Below are positions 45,997 to 61,955 of a stretch of 64,000 bases of DNA, piece after piece (the stretch's first letter is position 1; each line of letters starts with the position of its first letter). Source of the DNA: Neocallimastix sp. 'constans' (taxonomy: Eukaryota); assembly GCA_050613775.1 (NCBI GenBank), contig JBODTK010000001.1, forward strand, positions 1,054,001 through 1,118,000, read 5' to 3'. The notes under the pieces were generated by a model. It was not told the origin of the DNA, searched no databases, and saw only the letters and a program-made list of their open reading frames with translations. A program made the translations under genes and the position numbers.

Positions 45997-48900
45997 CTGT
46001 CTATAATGTATAATGTATAATATATAATGTATAATATATAATGTATGATATATAATGTATGATATATAACGTATGATATATATATAAAAAAAAAAAGAAA
46101 ATTATATATAATGTATATTTAATTATATATTCATAAAATTATTAATAATAAATTTATATATAGTTATAATAGTTATAATTGATTTCTATTCTCTATCCTT
46201 GACTATTCTATTAAAAAGCATTATTACTATTATAATTATTATTGTACATTTATATGTATATGAGTTAAAATAATTTTTATATTTACAATATTTTTTTTTT
46301 CTCCAATAATTATTTTCTTTCTTTTTTTTTTTTTTTTTTTTTGAGTTAAAAAAAAAAAAAAATACTGAAATATTAAAATATAAAATATTAAATATAAAAT
46401 ATAAAATACTGTATTTTCTTTTTATTATATAATATTATATTGTATTGTATTTTTTTTCTTTTTCTTTTTCTATTATTATTTTGTATTTTTAATAATGGTT
46501 TGGTATTATTTTTCTTTTATCTTATTTTCTTTTTCTTTTCTTTTTTTTTTTTTTTCTTTTCCTTTCTTTCTTCTTTTTAAATTAAATAATTTTTATATTA
46601 TTGATATCTTTTTTTTTTCTTTATTTCTTTATTTCTTTCTTTTAATGGGCGTTTGAATTAATGGACAATTTTTTTAAAAAAAAAAATAAATAATTATTTC
46701 TTTGGTAACATTATCTATTTGTAGAATAAAATATTTTGTTATAAAGGTAAATATATATAAAGATAAAATTTATATAAAATATAAAATAAAAAAAAAATAA
46801 TAATAAAAAATAAAAAAAAAAAAAAAAAAAGAGAGAGATAAGTATTATATAATATATTGTATGTATTGAATTTTTTTTAAAAATATTTTATTATGATAAA
46901 ACTAATAAGAATTTTATGGAAAATTATATATATATAATTATATTTCTTTTTTTTTTTTTTTTTTTTTTTATTATTATTATTGTTATTATTTTATTCTTTT
47001 TAATATATTATTGCTTTTTAAATTATTGTCTTTTATTTTTACATATCTATATAACTCCATAATATTCTATAACTTTGTCAAAAAAAAAAAAAAAAATTAT
47101 TTGACTTATTTTTTTTATGTAGATATTTGATATATATATATTATAAATATATTTATTTTATTTTATTTCATTAATTTATTGTTTTTTAGTTGAAATTTTT
47201 TTTCCCTTTTTTTTTCCACTATGTTTTTATTCTTTTGGATATATAATATAGATATTAATATTCAATTTGTTTTTTTTTTTTTAATGGAAAAAAAAAATAT
47301 GTATTAATATTATTTATATAAATATTTAGGTGATATATATATATATATTATTTAGACTAGTATGTTATTACTTTATTATTTATTATTATTGTTGTTGATG
47401 ATGTTATTGTTATTTTTCTTAATAATTGTGTAAAAGAAGTGAAATAATACTGAATACTAAATTAAATTTTTATATATTATAATTATAATTATTATTATTT
47501 TTTTTTTTTTTAATATTTTTGATGGTTTTTTTATTTTAAACTTTAATTTGCATATTTTTATTGTAGTTAATTATTTAAAGTTTATATATATATATATTGT
47601 TGTTGCTACTATTGTTATTGTTTTAAATATTAATATTAATTTGATCTTTTTTTAAAAAAAAAAATATATATATATACCAAATTTTGTAATTTTAAAAAAT
47701 ATAATTATAAATATAATATGAAATAATTAAATTTTATTTAGTTATTATAATAAAAAAAAAGTTGATAATTTACTTTTTATATAAATAGAAAGAAAAAAAA
47801 ATAATTGTTTTATTATTAATAGTAAAAAAGCATTCTTTTCTTTATTTTTTTATTTTATTTTATTTTATTTTATTTTTTTCTTAAATTAATACCATTTACA
47901 TCAAAAAAAAATAAATAAATAAAAAAAAAAGTTTATAATTTAAAAATTGCTTTTAATAATAAAAGAAAAATTACAAAAAAAAAAAAAAAAATAAAAAATA
48001 TACTTTTTTTGAAGTTTATATATAAATTAAGAAATTAATAAATAATTTAGAATAAAATAAAATAAATATAAATTTATATAATTCAATAAATAGAATTCAT
48101 GCTTCAAATTTGATTTATTATATTTAATTAAATCCTTATACATAATTATAATCTAATTATTATTTATTGATTGATTATTTATTTATTATTCAATTATTTA
48201 TGTTTATTATTAATAAATACTCTTTTTTATTATTATTCATTTATTTATTTATTTATTATTTATTTATTTATTTATTATTATTTATTATTTATTTATTTAT
48301 TTATTATTTATTTATTTATTATTTATACATTAATTATTAACTTTTTTTTTCTTTAATACATTTAGATTGATATGGTTTTTTTTTTTTAATTTATTTTTTT
48401 ATATTTATTTTTTTTATTATTTTTTATTTTTATTTATTTTAATTCTATACTCCATTGAATCATTTTCATTTATTCATTTGTATTTTATCATATATAAAAA
48501 GTATAAAAGTATAAATGACACGAAGTTAATATATTATAGAAGACAGAGACGAACAAAGAATATAAAATAGTATTTAATAAGATTTATTTAAAATTTTTTA
48601 TATTTCTTTTTATCTTTTTTTTTTTTATTTTTTTTGTTTTTTTTTAAACATAACACCAAAAATAATATATTGGTAATACTATTGAATTTATATATATGTT
48701 TATATTTCCTATTAAATATAATATATTATCATATATTAATTAATATAAATTAAATAAAATAAAATTAAATAAAAAAAAAAAGATTTTCAACCATTTCAAA
48801 ATAGCATATTATAATAAATAAAGTTTGACCTATTTAATATAATATAATATATTCTAATTAATTTTAATATATTATTCTATTTTTATTCATATAGAAATTA

Positions 48901-50168
48901 TGACACAATACAGGAATAATAATTAGATAATATTGCTTTTTCAATCACTATATATATTAGAATGAATTAGGAATGAATTAAATAATTTAAATATTAGGAT
49001 GGAAAGTATATAATACATATATTATCATATATTATTTAATCTATACAAAGTTTTTTTTTTTTGAAAAACATAAAAAAATAAAAATAATAAAAAATAAAAA
49101 AGCAATATATATATACATTTTAACCTATATATAAAAATAATAAATTATCGATTAGATACTTAAATATTTTAATATTAAATAATAAGGAAATAATAGTAAT
49201 ATTAAATAGTAGTATTAAACAGTAGTATTAAATAATGGTATTATGATATTCAATACTTTTATTTAATAAATAGTACTATCAAAGAATAGAGTAGTACTCT
49301 TAAATAGATACAGTATTACGAGTTAATAAGTTTATTTCTAGTCTATAGTCTATAAATAAAAAATATATATATATAAATTATAATATAAAATTTTAATTAA
49401 ATACAATATTAATCAAAATTAAATAATTAACAATACATAATGATTAATGATTAATGAATAATCTTCAAATATATATATGTATATAGGTATGTATTATTAA
49501 TACTTTTATTTATTATTTAACAAACTATTAATTATAATGAAATAAAATATAAAATAGATGTAACAAACTATAATAATAATAAAAAATAACAAAAAAAATA
49601 AAAAAAATAAATGAAAATTTATTACATTTTTATTTTAAACAATGAACAAAACCAAAAGTATATTATCATAAATTAAGATTGTTACTGATGAACAAACAAA
49701 GAAATAATATATTTTATATATCATCTAATAATAATAATAATAATAATAATTAAAAAAAAAAAAAAGAAAAGACCAAAAGATATTAAAAATGTTTTATACT
49801 TATTAAATTATATTAAAATTTTTATTAATGTAATAATAATTTGACAAAAAAATAAAATTAAAAAATTAAAAAAATTAAAAAAATTAAAAAATTAAAAAAT
49901 TTTCATAACTTTTTATTATTATTATTATTTTTATTTATTTATTAATTAATACTCTTTATTATTTAATATTTATTATTTATTATTTATTATTATTAGTATT
50001 ATTTATTTATTTATTATTTATTATATTATTTATTTATTTATTATTATTAGTATCATTTATTTATTTATTATTATTAGTATCCTTTATTTATTTATTATTA
50101 TTTATTATTATTATTATTATATATTATTATTATTATTATATATTATTATTATTATTATTATTATTTAT

Positions 50169-50202
<34 letters not shown>

Positions 50203-52385
50203 ATTAAATGTTATGATCACTATTCTTTTTTTTTTATGATATTCACTCTATGATTAATACTGATACTCTGTTAAACTTTACAAAATTAATACATTAACTA
50301 ACAATATATATATATATTATATATTTATTTATTTATTATACATATATTTTATTATATATATATTTATTATATATATTTTTTATTATATATATTTTTATTA
50401 TATATTTATTTATTATATATATTGGTATTATGATCCTGATATTTATTATATTCATTAGATAATATCCGTAAATTAATTAAATATAATTTAAAATCAACAA
50501 AAACAGCGGTCAGTATTAAATATTATTAAATATTTATTTCTAAATATTTATTATTATATATTTATTATATTAAATGTCATAGCCCTCCCTAAAAGCTATT
50601 TATTTTTATATTAAAATAAATTTTTTTTTTTCAAATTATATAATAAATATTTGTATTAATTAATAATAATATCATTTCATAATATCATTTCATATAATTA
50701 ATTTTATATATAGAAAGGTGTGTGTGTGTGTATGTTAAATAATAAAATTATAAATTTGGTATTCATTTAGATAATCATTTTTTTTTTTTTTTTGTTTTTC
50801 TTCATTTAACTAAATATTACTTAAAATTATATTAAAATGATTTGTTTCAAAATAATGAAATAAATACAAAAAGTGATTATTGATAATAATTAATTTTTTC
50901 TATAATAATTATATATTGTTTTTCTTTAATCCTCATTTGTCTTTTCTTTTTCTTATTTTCAAATAAAAGAAATATATAATATATATATATATAATATTAT
51001 TATTATTAAATAAAGTAATAGATTGACATTTCTTTCCTTTTTATTTTATTTTAATTTAGTTTAGTTTATTTTTTATTTCAATTTCTTTTTTGAATATTAA
51101 CTACAAAAAAAAAAAAAAAAATTAAATCAATTAAATTAAAATTATATAGTTTATATTATTTTTAAATTAATTTGATAATATATATAAATATATGCGACAG
51201 AATATATTGATAATCTATTAGAGACAAAAATAAAAAAAAATAGATTGAAAAGTGTGACATTTAAAAAATAAAAAAAATATAGAGTAATTATTTTTATTTT
51301 TATTTTTTATTTAAATATTTATTATTTATGTATTTATTATTTATTATATTATTATTTAATTATTTAATTATTTTATTATTTATTATTATTAAATTTTTTT
51401 TTATAATTTATTTTTTTTAATATTGATATTGTTAAAAAAAAAATAATATATATAATTTAGTAATTTAGAATATAGATTTTTTTTAGAAACTGAAACTGGA
51501 CCATCAATCCATCAATTGTATAAATTAAAAGCTAAAAATAAAAAAAAAATATAAAAAAAAATATAAAATATTAATAGATTGAAATAAAATAAATTAAAAT
51601 AATTAAAAAAAAAATTAAAAATAAAAATTAAAAAATTAATAAATAAAAAAAAAAATGGGGAAATCTCGACAAATTAAATTATTAATATTTAAAAAGAAAA
51701 AAATAAAATAAAATAAAAAATAATGAGAAATGTTTTAATTTTTTTTTTTTTATATATTAATAAACCAATTCGTTAATAAATACAGATTAATAGAATTATG
51801 ACTATTTAATATAACCCATGAAATATGAAATAGAGAAAAAAAATATGAATTTATATTAAATATAAATATAGCCATTAATATAAAATATTAATTATTTTAT
51901 AATTGTTTCATTTTTCATTATTTATTTAATATCTATCAATAATAATGTGAATTATTTCTTTTTTTTTTTTTTTTTATGAATGAATAGATTTGATAAATTT
52001 AATGATTAAAAAATTTTTTTTTTATTTTTTTTATTAATTATTTATATTATAAAATAAATTAATACAATAAAAATATGAAATGCATACTTTTTTTTGTTTT
52101 ATTCATTATTTAACTATTAACATTTATAATATATCATTAGAAGATCATATATTTTAACTCTTTGTTTTATGAATATTAATAAAACCATTTTTTTTTTATT
52201 TTTATTTTTTGTCGATTATTTTAATAAGTATATGGATAAATATAATATATACATATATTTACATTATTTAACAAATTTGTTTTACAGATTCCCTTTTTTT
52301 TTTATTTTTTTAATTTTTAGTTATGATTAAAAACAATAGAAAATTAGAAAATGAAATGTAGATATATCTCTTTATAAATAAATAA

Positions 52386-52430
<45 letters not shown>

Positions 52431-52814
52431 GAGAGAGAGAATAATATAAAAATAATAATTATAATATTAAAAAAAACCTTTGATTTTCCCAAGTTTATTT
52501 TGTAGATTTGTATGACATTAAAATGGTAAATTCATCTTTTTATGGAATAAAATAATAAAATAAAAAATAATAATTTTTTTTTTTTAATTATACTATTTTT
52601 ATCTAAAAAAAATAAATAAATAAATAAATAATGTAATACAAAGATACCTTATAAGGTTATATTAATTATGAACCAAGTGAAATAAAAAAATTTTTATATT
52701 TAATTTAAAGGTTAGGTAGTATATAATATAATAGATTAAAACACATTTTCATAACAGTGTATAACGTAAGACAAAAAAAAAATAGATCATTAAATGTAAA
52801 ATATATAATATACA

Positions 52815-52942
52815 AGTAATAATTATAATAATAATAATTATTATAATAATAATAATAATAATTATAATAATAATAATAATAATTATAATAATAATAATAA
52901 TTATAATAATAATAATAATAATAATTATAATTAATTATTATA
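52815..52942. repeat. (AAT)n microsatellite punctuated by TTAT
   Basis: Repeated AATTATAATAATAAT units. Confidence 0.85.
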
Positions 52943-54604
52943 ACATGGTTATTATTAAAAAATTATAATGAAATTTTTTTTTTCTTGAGATTGGATTTTT
53001 AATATTTTCATTTAAATGAAAAAGCCACCATAATAATGATAATAATAATATGAAAAAAAAAAAAAGCATGATAAATTATAAAATAAATATTTTAAAATAC
53101 GAAAGTGGATATTTTTTTATTTTTATTTTTATTTTTTTTTTTTTTTGGCTTTTAAATTAAATAATATAAAAATAATAATAAAAAAAACACAAAATTGAAA
53201 TTTTTAAAATAGTTAAAGTTTAAATAATATGATATAGTTTATATATTATATTTTAAAGTTTATTATCTATTTTTATATTATCTCTATTTTATTCACATTT
53301 ATTATTATTTATTTATACATATATATTTATATATATATATATTCATAAAAACATTTTTCCTTTTTTTTTTTTATTTTCATTTTCATTCTAATTTTCGTTT
53401 TTATTTTCGTTTTAGATTTGTTTTTTTTCATTTATTTTTTTAATTCCAATATGAAACAAATTAATTTATTTTAAAATGCGAATCGATTTATTAAAATGAA
53501 TACAGAAGAATTTTTTTTTTTTTTTGTTGATTCTATAAACAGGAATTAATTATTAATATTTATTATTTATTTATTTATTTATTTATTTATTCATTCATTC
53601 ATTTTATTTCATATCAGAAGAATTCACCAAAACATTTAAATTAAATTAATTAAACTAAATTAAATAAAATAAAATTAAAATTAAAATAATATAAATAAGA
53701 TTTAATGATAATAGTAATAATTAAAGTTTAATAATAAAAATAAACTAAAATAAAATGAAATGAAAAAAAAAATAAATAAAAATAAAAATTAAAAATAAAA
53801 TAAAATAATCAATGATTAAAAAATTATTAAATTATTATAATTATTAAATGTTCATGTAACATTAGCAACATTAATAATAATAATTATAAAATCAATAATA
53901 ATAATAATAATAATAGTAATAATATTAATAATGATAAAATATGATTATAATGATTATTATATTATATGTTATATAATCCTATTCTATAGAATATATATAT
54001 TTAATAGTTAATATTATTTAATTTAAATATAAATTTAAAAAAAAAAATTAAAAATATAAAAGGTTTTAAATTATTTTATATCCTATTACTAAAATTTAAA
54101 TTAACATTAATGAAATCAAAATGGAAATGATCCTGAGAAAGTCATAAGATCATTTAAAAAAGAACAGCAACCAAAAAAAAAATAATAATAATAAATAAAT
54201 AGTAATAATAATAATAATTCTTACGTAAAAACTTTTATAAAAAATGAATTGACATTAAATGAAAATAAAAAAAAGATAAATGGACTTATTTATTATTGAA
54301 TGATAATTTAATTATTACTAATAATTTTTTGCAATAATATTTATCATTTATTTTATTATTATTATTTTTATTATAATATAGAAATTATGAATAGATGTAT
54401 ATACAACTAAATATAGTTTAAGTAGATTAGTAAATAAAAATAAATAATATTTTATATATAATTTCTATTCATGATATTATATTTAATTAATATAATATAA
54501 TAATACATAGAATAACTAAAAAAAAAGATCTATATATACATATACATATATTTATATATTTTTTATTTTATTTTATTTTATTTTTATTATTAGTTTATTT
54601 TCAA

Positions 54605-54644
<40 letters not shown>

Positions 54645-55191
54645 TATTTAATTTAAAAAAAATTAAATTATTAATTTTATTTTATCTTTATTTTAGGATT
54701 GAAATAAGAAAATAATTTTTTTTTTTTTTTCTTTTGAGGAGGTTGAAGTTGATCCATTTAATATTTAATTTTATTAAAAAAAAGAAATTTTTAATTTAAT
54801 GAAGAAATTGAATAAATAAAATAAATAAATAAATAAAATAAATGAATGGAAATTATAATAAAAAAATTAATAATAATAAGTAAATAGTAATATAAAGTTT
54901 TTTTTTTTTATTTTTAAATCAATTTTAAAAATAATAAATATATATATATATATATTTACATGTAGATATTCTTTCTCTCCTATATTAACAAAATAGAAAA
55001 AGGAAAAAAAATTATTAGTATTTTTATTATTATTTGAAATGGCTTTTAAATTTTATAAATATATTTATATTTATCATCATCATGAGGTATTCATTTAAAA
55101 AAATTTTTTTATTTTTAACTTTTTTCTTTTTTCTCAAAAAATAACTAAAACAAAATGAAGTACATTTAATAAATTTTTGATAATTAATACA

Positions 55192-55248
<57 letters not shown>

Positions 55249-57540
55249 AGAAAAAAAAATATAATAATAATAAATCCATAAAATAAATAATTATTATTAT
55301 TATTATTATTATTATCACTTTTATATTTTTCCTTTTTTTTTTTTTTACCACATGACAGTTAGTTATTTATTATCTATTATATACATATTTGAAATCCATT
55401 TATTATTACTAATAGTAATGTTTTTTTTATTATTATAATTATTTATTTATTATTTTTACTATTATTAATAAGAATATTAATGTTATTACTTTATTTTTCC
55501 ATATAAAAAAAATAATTATAGAGATTAAAAAAAAAAAAAGTATATATATATTATAATTTAAAAACAAAAAAAAAATAAAGTAATAACTAATAAAAAATAA
55601 TGGTAATGATAATGACAATAATCGTAAAAATATTAAAAGCTTAAAAAATAATTTTAAATAAAATTTAAAAAAAGAACAAAAAAAAATTAAAAAAAAAAAT
55701 GTGACTGTAACCAGTAAAATTATAATAAATAAACTTTAAAATATAATTAAAAATGAATAATTACAATAATAATAATTAATAAAATTTAAAAAAAAAAAAA
55801 AAAGGTCATCCATTCATTCATTCATCCATTCATCATATATTAAATAAATCTATCGTCAAATCATTTTCATTCATTATTTATTATGATTTTAATTATTATT
55901 ATTGATTATTGATTATTGATTATTTTAAAGGATTTCATTTAACTTTTCTCTTTTTTTTTTTTTACTCTAAATTTCCTTTTATGGTGATTATTATTTAAAA
56001 ATATAAAAATAATAAAATAAATTGATAGATAAATACTATTTACAATATTAAACCATAACCATTAAAAAATATTAAATAATAAATATCAACAAACTATAAT
56101 TTGTAATAACAATAAGAAGAATAATAAGAAAAAGAAATTGTAATAAGAAACTTTATTTTTAACTGTATTCGAAAAAGAAAAACATTTTATATATATATAC
56201 ATATATTATATAATATTTTTATATCATTAAAATATACAATTTTTCTTATTCCTTTTTAGAGGTAAATACCTATTGATAAATATATATTTATTATATAGTG
56301 TTTTATTTATATATATCTATTTGAATTATATTTTTTTTATATGATCTAATATTAATTAAAAGAAAAATTAAAAATTAATAACAGTTAAAATAAATAACTA
56401 TTTCATAACTTTTAAAAATAAAAAAATATGAATATATTGAATATATACATATAATTTTTTTTTTAAATAAATAGTTTATATAGACAATAAGAAAAACTAA
56501 AACAAAATAATGGTAGAACTGAACGAAAGAAACATTTCTTTTTAAATGAAAATACCAAATAAATAATAATAATAAATGAATGAATAAATAAATAAATAAC
56601 ATTTCTTTTTAGTAATTATTTTTCATTTTTCCTTTTTTTTTTTCATTTTACTTTTCTTTTTTCCTTTCCTATTATATTCATAACTAATAATATAAAAAGA
56701 TTGATTCAGAAAAGAAAAAAAAATTTAAACCAATTTAAATTTTATATTTTGTATTTTACACATATTAATATTGATACATATATTATTATATATTATAATA
56801 ATATATATTAATATATATTATTTTTTTTTTTTTTGTATTTTTTAATTTTTAAATTTTTTAATTTTTTTTTTCTTAATTTAGTTGGAAAAAAAATGAAAAA
56901 AAAAAGAGAAATTTTACAAATTAAAAAAAAAAAGATTTCCTTTTTTGTAGATAACTCTAAAAATTTATATATATTCATTATTTATATATTTATATCTATA
57001 TTTACATTTATATTTATCTATTTATTTATATTTATTTATATATCTATCTATATATTTATCTATATATTTAAAAGATTTATATCCATATCTATTGTTTATA
57101 TTTATTATTTATATTTATAATTCCATTATTTATATTTATTATTTATATTTATTATTTATTATTTAATATTTATTATTCAATTATTTATTATTTATATTTA
57201 CATAAATTTATATTACATTTTAATAAATTATAAAATAGGAATGATCTTATATACAATCCTATAGATTATCCTATAGGAGTAAAATTATAATAATATTTTA
57301 TATTAGAAATAAATGAAATCAACTTTTTTTTTTTCATTTGTTTTGAAATTAGAAAAAAAAAAATCTGTGACGGTAGACACTTTTATTATTTTTATTATTA
57401 TTATTATTATTATTTACTTATAATATCAATAAATAAATAAATAATAAATAAAAAATTATATATTATAAATCATTAAAACAGTAAAATAAATAAATAATCA
57501 CTCCTCTAACAATAATTTAAAATTTATTTTATTTTATATT

Positions 57541-57630
57541 ATTCAATCTGTATTTTATATTCATATTTCAACCATTGATTTTGTTTTTCTTTATTCAATC
57601 TGTACTTTATATTTCACCTATTGATTTTAT
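57541..57630 (-). repeat. Two degenerate inverted copies of the 6722-7372 minisatellite unit
   Basis: Reverse complement reads ...AATCAATAGGTGAAATATAAAGTACAGATTGAAT...AATCAATGGTTGAAATATGAATATAAAATACAGATTGAAT, against the array's last unit AATAAATAGTTGAAATATAAATATAAAGTACAGATTGAAT. Confidence 0.75.
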
Positions 57631-60600
57631 TATATATTTATTTTATATTTATTTATTTATTCTCAAGTAAATATTGAATAGATGAATTACTATACTATAA
57701 TATATAATAAAAAAATAAAAAAAAAAAAATTTCCACCACTAATTAAAATGATTTTTAATTTAATGGGCTCGTCTTTCTTCTTTTAAATGGTTCTTCACCT
57801 CTTTTTCCCCCTTTAATATAAATTAAATTAAATTTAATTAAAAAAAATAAAATAAATGAAAATTAAATAATTAAATTAAATAAATTAAATAAATTGAAAT
57901 AATAAATAAATTAAATAAATAAATTAAATAATTTTTTTATATTAAATAAATAAATATTATTTTATTTTATTTTAACTTTTCTTTTTTAATTTTTTTTTTT
58001 TTATTTTTTTTTACCGATACATGCATCAATACATGCATTTACATATATAAATACATACATTCCATATAAAAATTTAGAATTTTAGAATTTTAGAATTAAA
58101 AAATTTTCAATATCCATCCTATCATCTCACCTCACATCAATAATATTTCGTTTTTTTTTTTTTTTTTTACTTATTAAAAAAAAAAAAAAAAAAACATGTA
58201 CATAAATAAATTATTTAAATATTAGAAAAATAAAATAAAATAAAAATAAAAAATGTTATATAAAAAAAAAAAAGACAGTAATTATAGAGAATGAGTAATA
58301 ATAATAAATATCCAACTAATGATCATAATAAATTTAAAAAAATTAGAAAAAAAATAAGAGTTTGAGAAAAGAATAAAAAAAAAAAAACTAACAAATGTAC
58401 ATTTTACATACTTAAACAAAAAAAAAAGGAAAATAAATAAAATAAAATTTTTCAAAGCCAAAAAAATAAAAAATAAAAAAATAGAATAAAATAATAATAA
58501 AATAATAATAAAATAATCTAAAAAAAAAAAAATAATAATAATATAATATAATAATAATAATAATATTTAAATAATGAATAATAAATAAATAATATTTAAA
58601 AAAAAATATATGGAAAAGAATTAAAAACTTTAAATAATAAATTTTAGATTAATTTAGCAATGTAAATATTTGAACATCACAATATAAATATAAATCTATG
58701 AATAATATAATTATCATATTAAATATATGAATATAAATATAAATATAGGAATATATAGGAATATATATATATAATTATATTATTGTTTCATTCAAACTTT
58801 TTGAAACCTTTTTATTAATAATTATTCCTTATATATAACTATATATAAAGTAGAAATCCTTTTTTTTTTTTATTTCTTATAAATTTAATAATTATTATTT
58901 CTTAATAATTATTTTTACTTCTTAAGAATTAGTATTATCACATTATCACTGTTATTCCTTTTTTTTTAATTTATTTATTTATTTATTTATTTATTTTATT
59001 TATTTTAAATTATTATAATTATTATCTCATTAGTCATTCCATATTTAAACAAATCAATAAATTTATTTTATTAATTAATAAATAATTCTTTTTAGTGACA
59101 TCTAATAAATAAAAAATTATTCATTGACGATGAAAAAATAAAAAATTGAATAAAAAAAAATAAAAATAAGAATAAGAACAGTATAAGGAAGTTTAAATTT
59201 AATAAATATCATTTATTTTCATTTTCATTTTTATTTTTATTTTTATTTTCATTTTTTATATTTTATTATTGGTTCTTTGTATTTTTTTTTTTTTTACTAT
59301 TACTCATTTATCATGGTGAGTACTAAATTCATCCCCGTCCATCAAATTTATGACCGTTTTATTTTTTATATAGATATATCTTTTATTTTTTAAAAAGAAA
59401 AAAAAAATTATAGAGATATATATATTAAATTTATAATATTTTTAATCTTTATATATTCTTTACATCTTCATTTTTACCCAATATTTTAAATTAAGATGGT
59501 TAATTATTAAAAAAAAAAAAAAAATAGGATAATTAAATATAAAATATAAAATATATTTAAATATTTATTTATTTTAATTTTTTTTTTTTTTTTTTTGTCC
59601 TACGCTATATAATAAAATAAAATAAAAAAAAAATTAAAATATTATAAATATTATATAAAATATATATATAAATGGGTGGATATATAAACTCATATTATAA
59701 ATATAAATTCAATAATTAATGATATTTTTAACAATTAACCTTAATTTATTATGAATTGATTTATCTTTTTTTTTAAAAAGTAAAAATAACGTTTAAAAGT
59801 GACTTTCATTTTCATTTTATATATAATATATAATATATAATATATAATATATACTTCTTTCAAAAAAAAAAAAAAAAAAAAAAAAAAAGTATTTCTTTTT
59901 TAAATTATTTGTAAAGTTTCTTCATTCTATGAAATAGAAAGAATTAAATAAAAATAAAAATAAAAATAAAAATATAAATAATGAATTAATAAAGAAAATA
60001 AATAATTAAGTAAATTAAATGAATGAATAAGTAAATAAATAAATAATTTATAAAAATTATTACTATATTTGGTCTAATTATTTTTTTGTTCCTTTTTTTT
60101 TAAAAAAAAATTTAAAAATTAATAATTAAAAATTAATAATTAAAAATATTTATATTTATAAGGATGATATGATTCTATAACTGTTGATGATGAAAAAGGT
60201 TCATGACACTACAAAGTTTATAATAATGAATAATGAATAATAAATAATAAAAAATAAAAATTTGATTACCTTAAATAAGATAGATATTATTTTAACAAAT
60301 AAAAGCTTTAATAATAATAATAATAAAAAAAATATTATAAATCTACCTATTTTTATAACCTTATATATATTTTATAAATTTACATATATTTTATAGATCT
60401 ATAGTTTTGGTTATTTATAGTTATTGATAAAACACTGAATAATTAAATAAATCCCTTCTCCACTCTAATAAAATCAAAATAATAAAGAAAGAAAGAAAGA
60501 AAAGAAAGAAAGAAAATAAAGGAATAAATTATGTAACACGAAAAAGAAAAAAAAATTAGGCCATCGCTATTAAACTTTATAGATCTTATATATTAACATT

Positions 60601-61514
60601 AAATTAATAATATATGTATGCTATAAATTTTTTTTTATCCATTATATGTATATATATATTTTATTTTTTATTTAATTTAATTCTATTAATAAAAAAAAAA
60701 AGTAATCACAATTATTAATATTTATAGCATTAAATATAAATCAATTCACTAATAATATAATAATAAATAATAAATAATAAATAATAAATAATTGAATAAT
60801 AAATAATTGAATAATAAATAATAAATAATAATAAGAGTATTTATTAATAAATAAATAATAAATAATAAATACATAAATAATTAAAATGATGTTTATAATA
60901 ATAAAATTTTATTATTAAATAAAAAGGTTTATATAAAAAGATTTGTAGAATTAAATTTATAAAAAAAAAAAAATTAAAAAAAAAAAGACAATTTATTGGC
61001 TTCTTAATGATGGGGATTTTTATTATTTTATTTATTTATTTATTTATTTATTTATATATGTATATATCAATTTAATATAAATAAATAGGTTTATCACTTT
61101 TTTTTATCTTTTTTTTTTTTCTATTTAAAATATTTATTGAAATAAATAATAATAATAAATAATAATAATAATAATAATAAAATTAAAATAATAATAAATT
61201 TTTTTCTTTACTTCACTTTTTTTTTATTAACTCTTTTCATTTGTTTCTTTTCTTTGTTGGCTTTATTTTTATTTTTATTTTTATTTTTTAACTTTTTTAT
61301 GTAGTTTTATTTTATTGATAATTTATAGAAATTTTTAAGGTTTTCAATATAATCCTGAAATACCAAAAAAAAATTTTTTTTTTTTTTTTTTGAAAATTTG
61401 AACATCATTGACAATTTAGTTAGTTAGTTAAATTATTATTTACAATAATTATAATTATTTTAATTCAAAGTTTTAAAAGTGGTTATCCCTATCGAAATCT
61501 ATATAAGAATGTAT

Positions 61515-61549
<35 letters not shown>

Positions 61550-61890
61550 TTCATTTATTCATTCATTATTTTCATAGGATTTAAACTTTTTTTATTCTGT
61601 TTTAAAGAAAAAATAATAATAATAAAAAATTAAATGTCATTTCTTTAATTAACCTTCATGCATGTCAATCATTTATTTATACAGATGTATTGTAATATAA
61701 ATATTATTATTATTATTTATATTATTATATACATTATTTATATTATTATTTTTATTTTCAAAAATTACCAGTGATATGATTTTATATTTTTTAAATTAAC
61801 ATTATTTGTATTTATTTTATTAGTGGCGCCATTTTCTTTTTTATTATTATATTATTTATTACACAGTAATATTATTATTTAATAAAATGA

Positions 61891-61955
61891 TTATTTGACA
61901 TTAGTATTATTATTTGACATTAGTATTATTATTTGACATTAGTATTATTATTTAA
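61891..61955. repeat. 19-bp tandem repeat, three copies
   Basis: TTATTTGACATTAGTATTA three times. Confidence 0.85.

Noticed and set aside
52645..52658. Short palindrome ACCTTATAAGGT (and an 8-bp inverted repeat near 29955-29982)
   Set aside because: Expected by chance in 64 kb of very AT-rich DNA.
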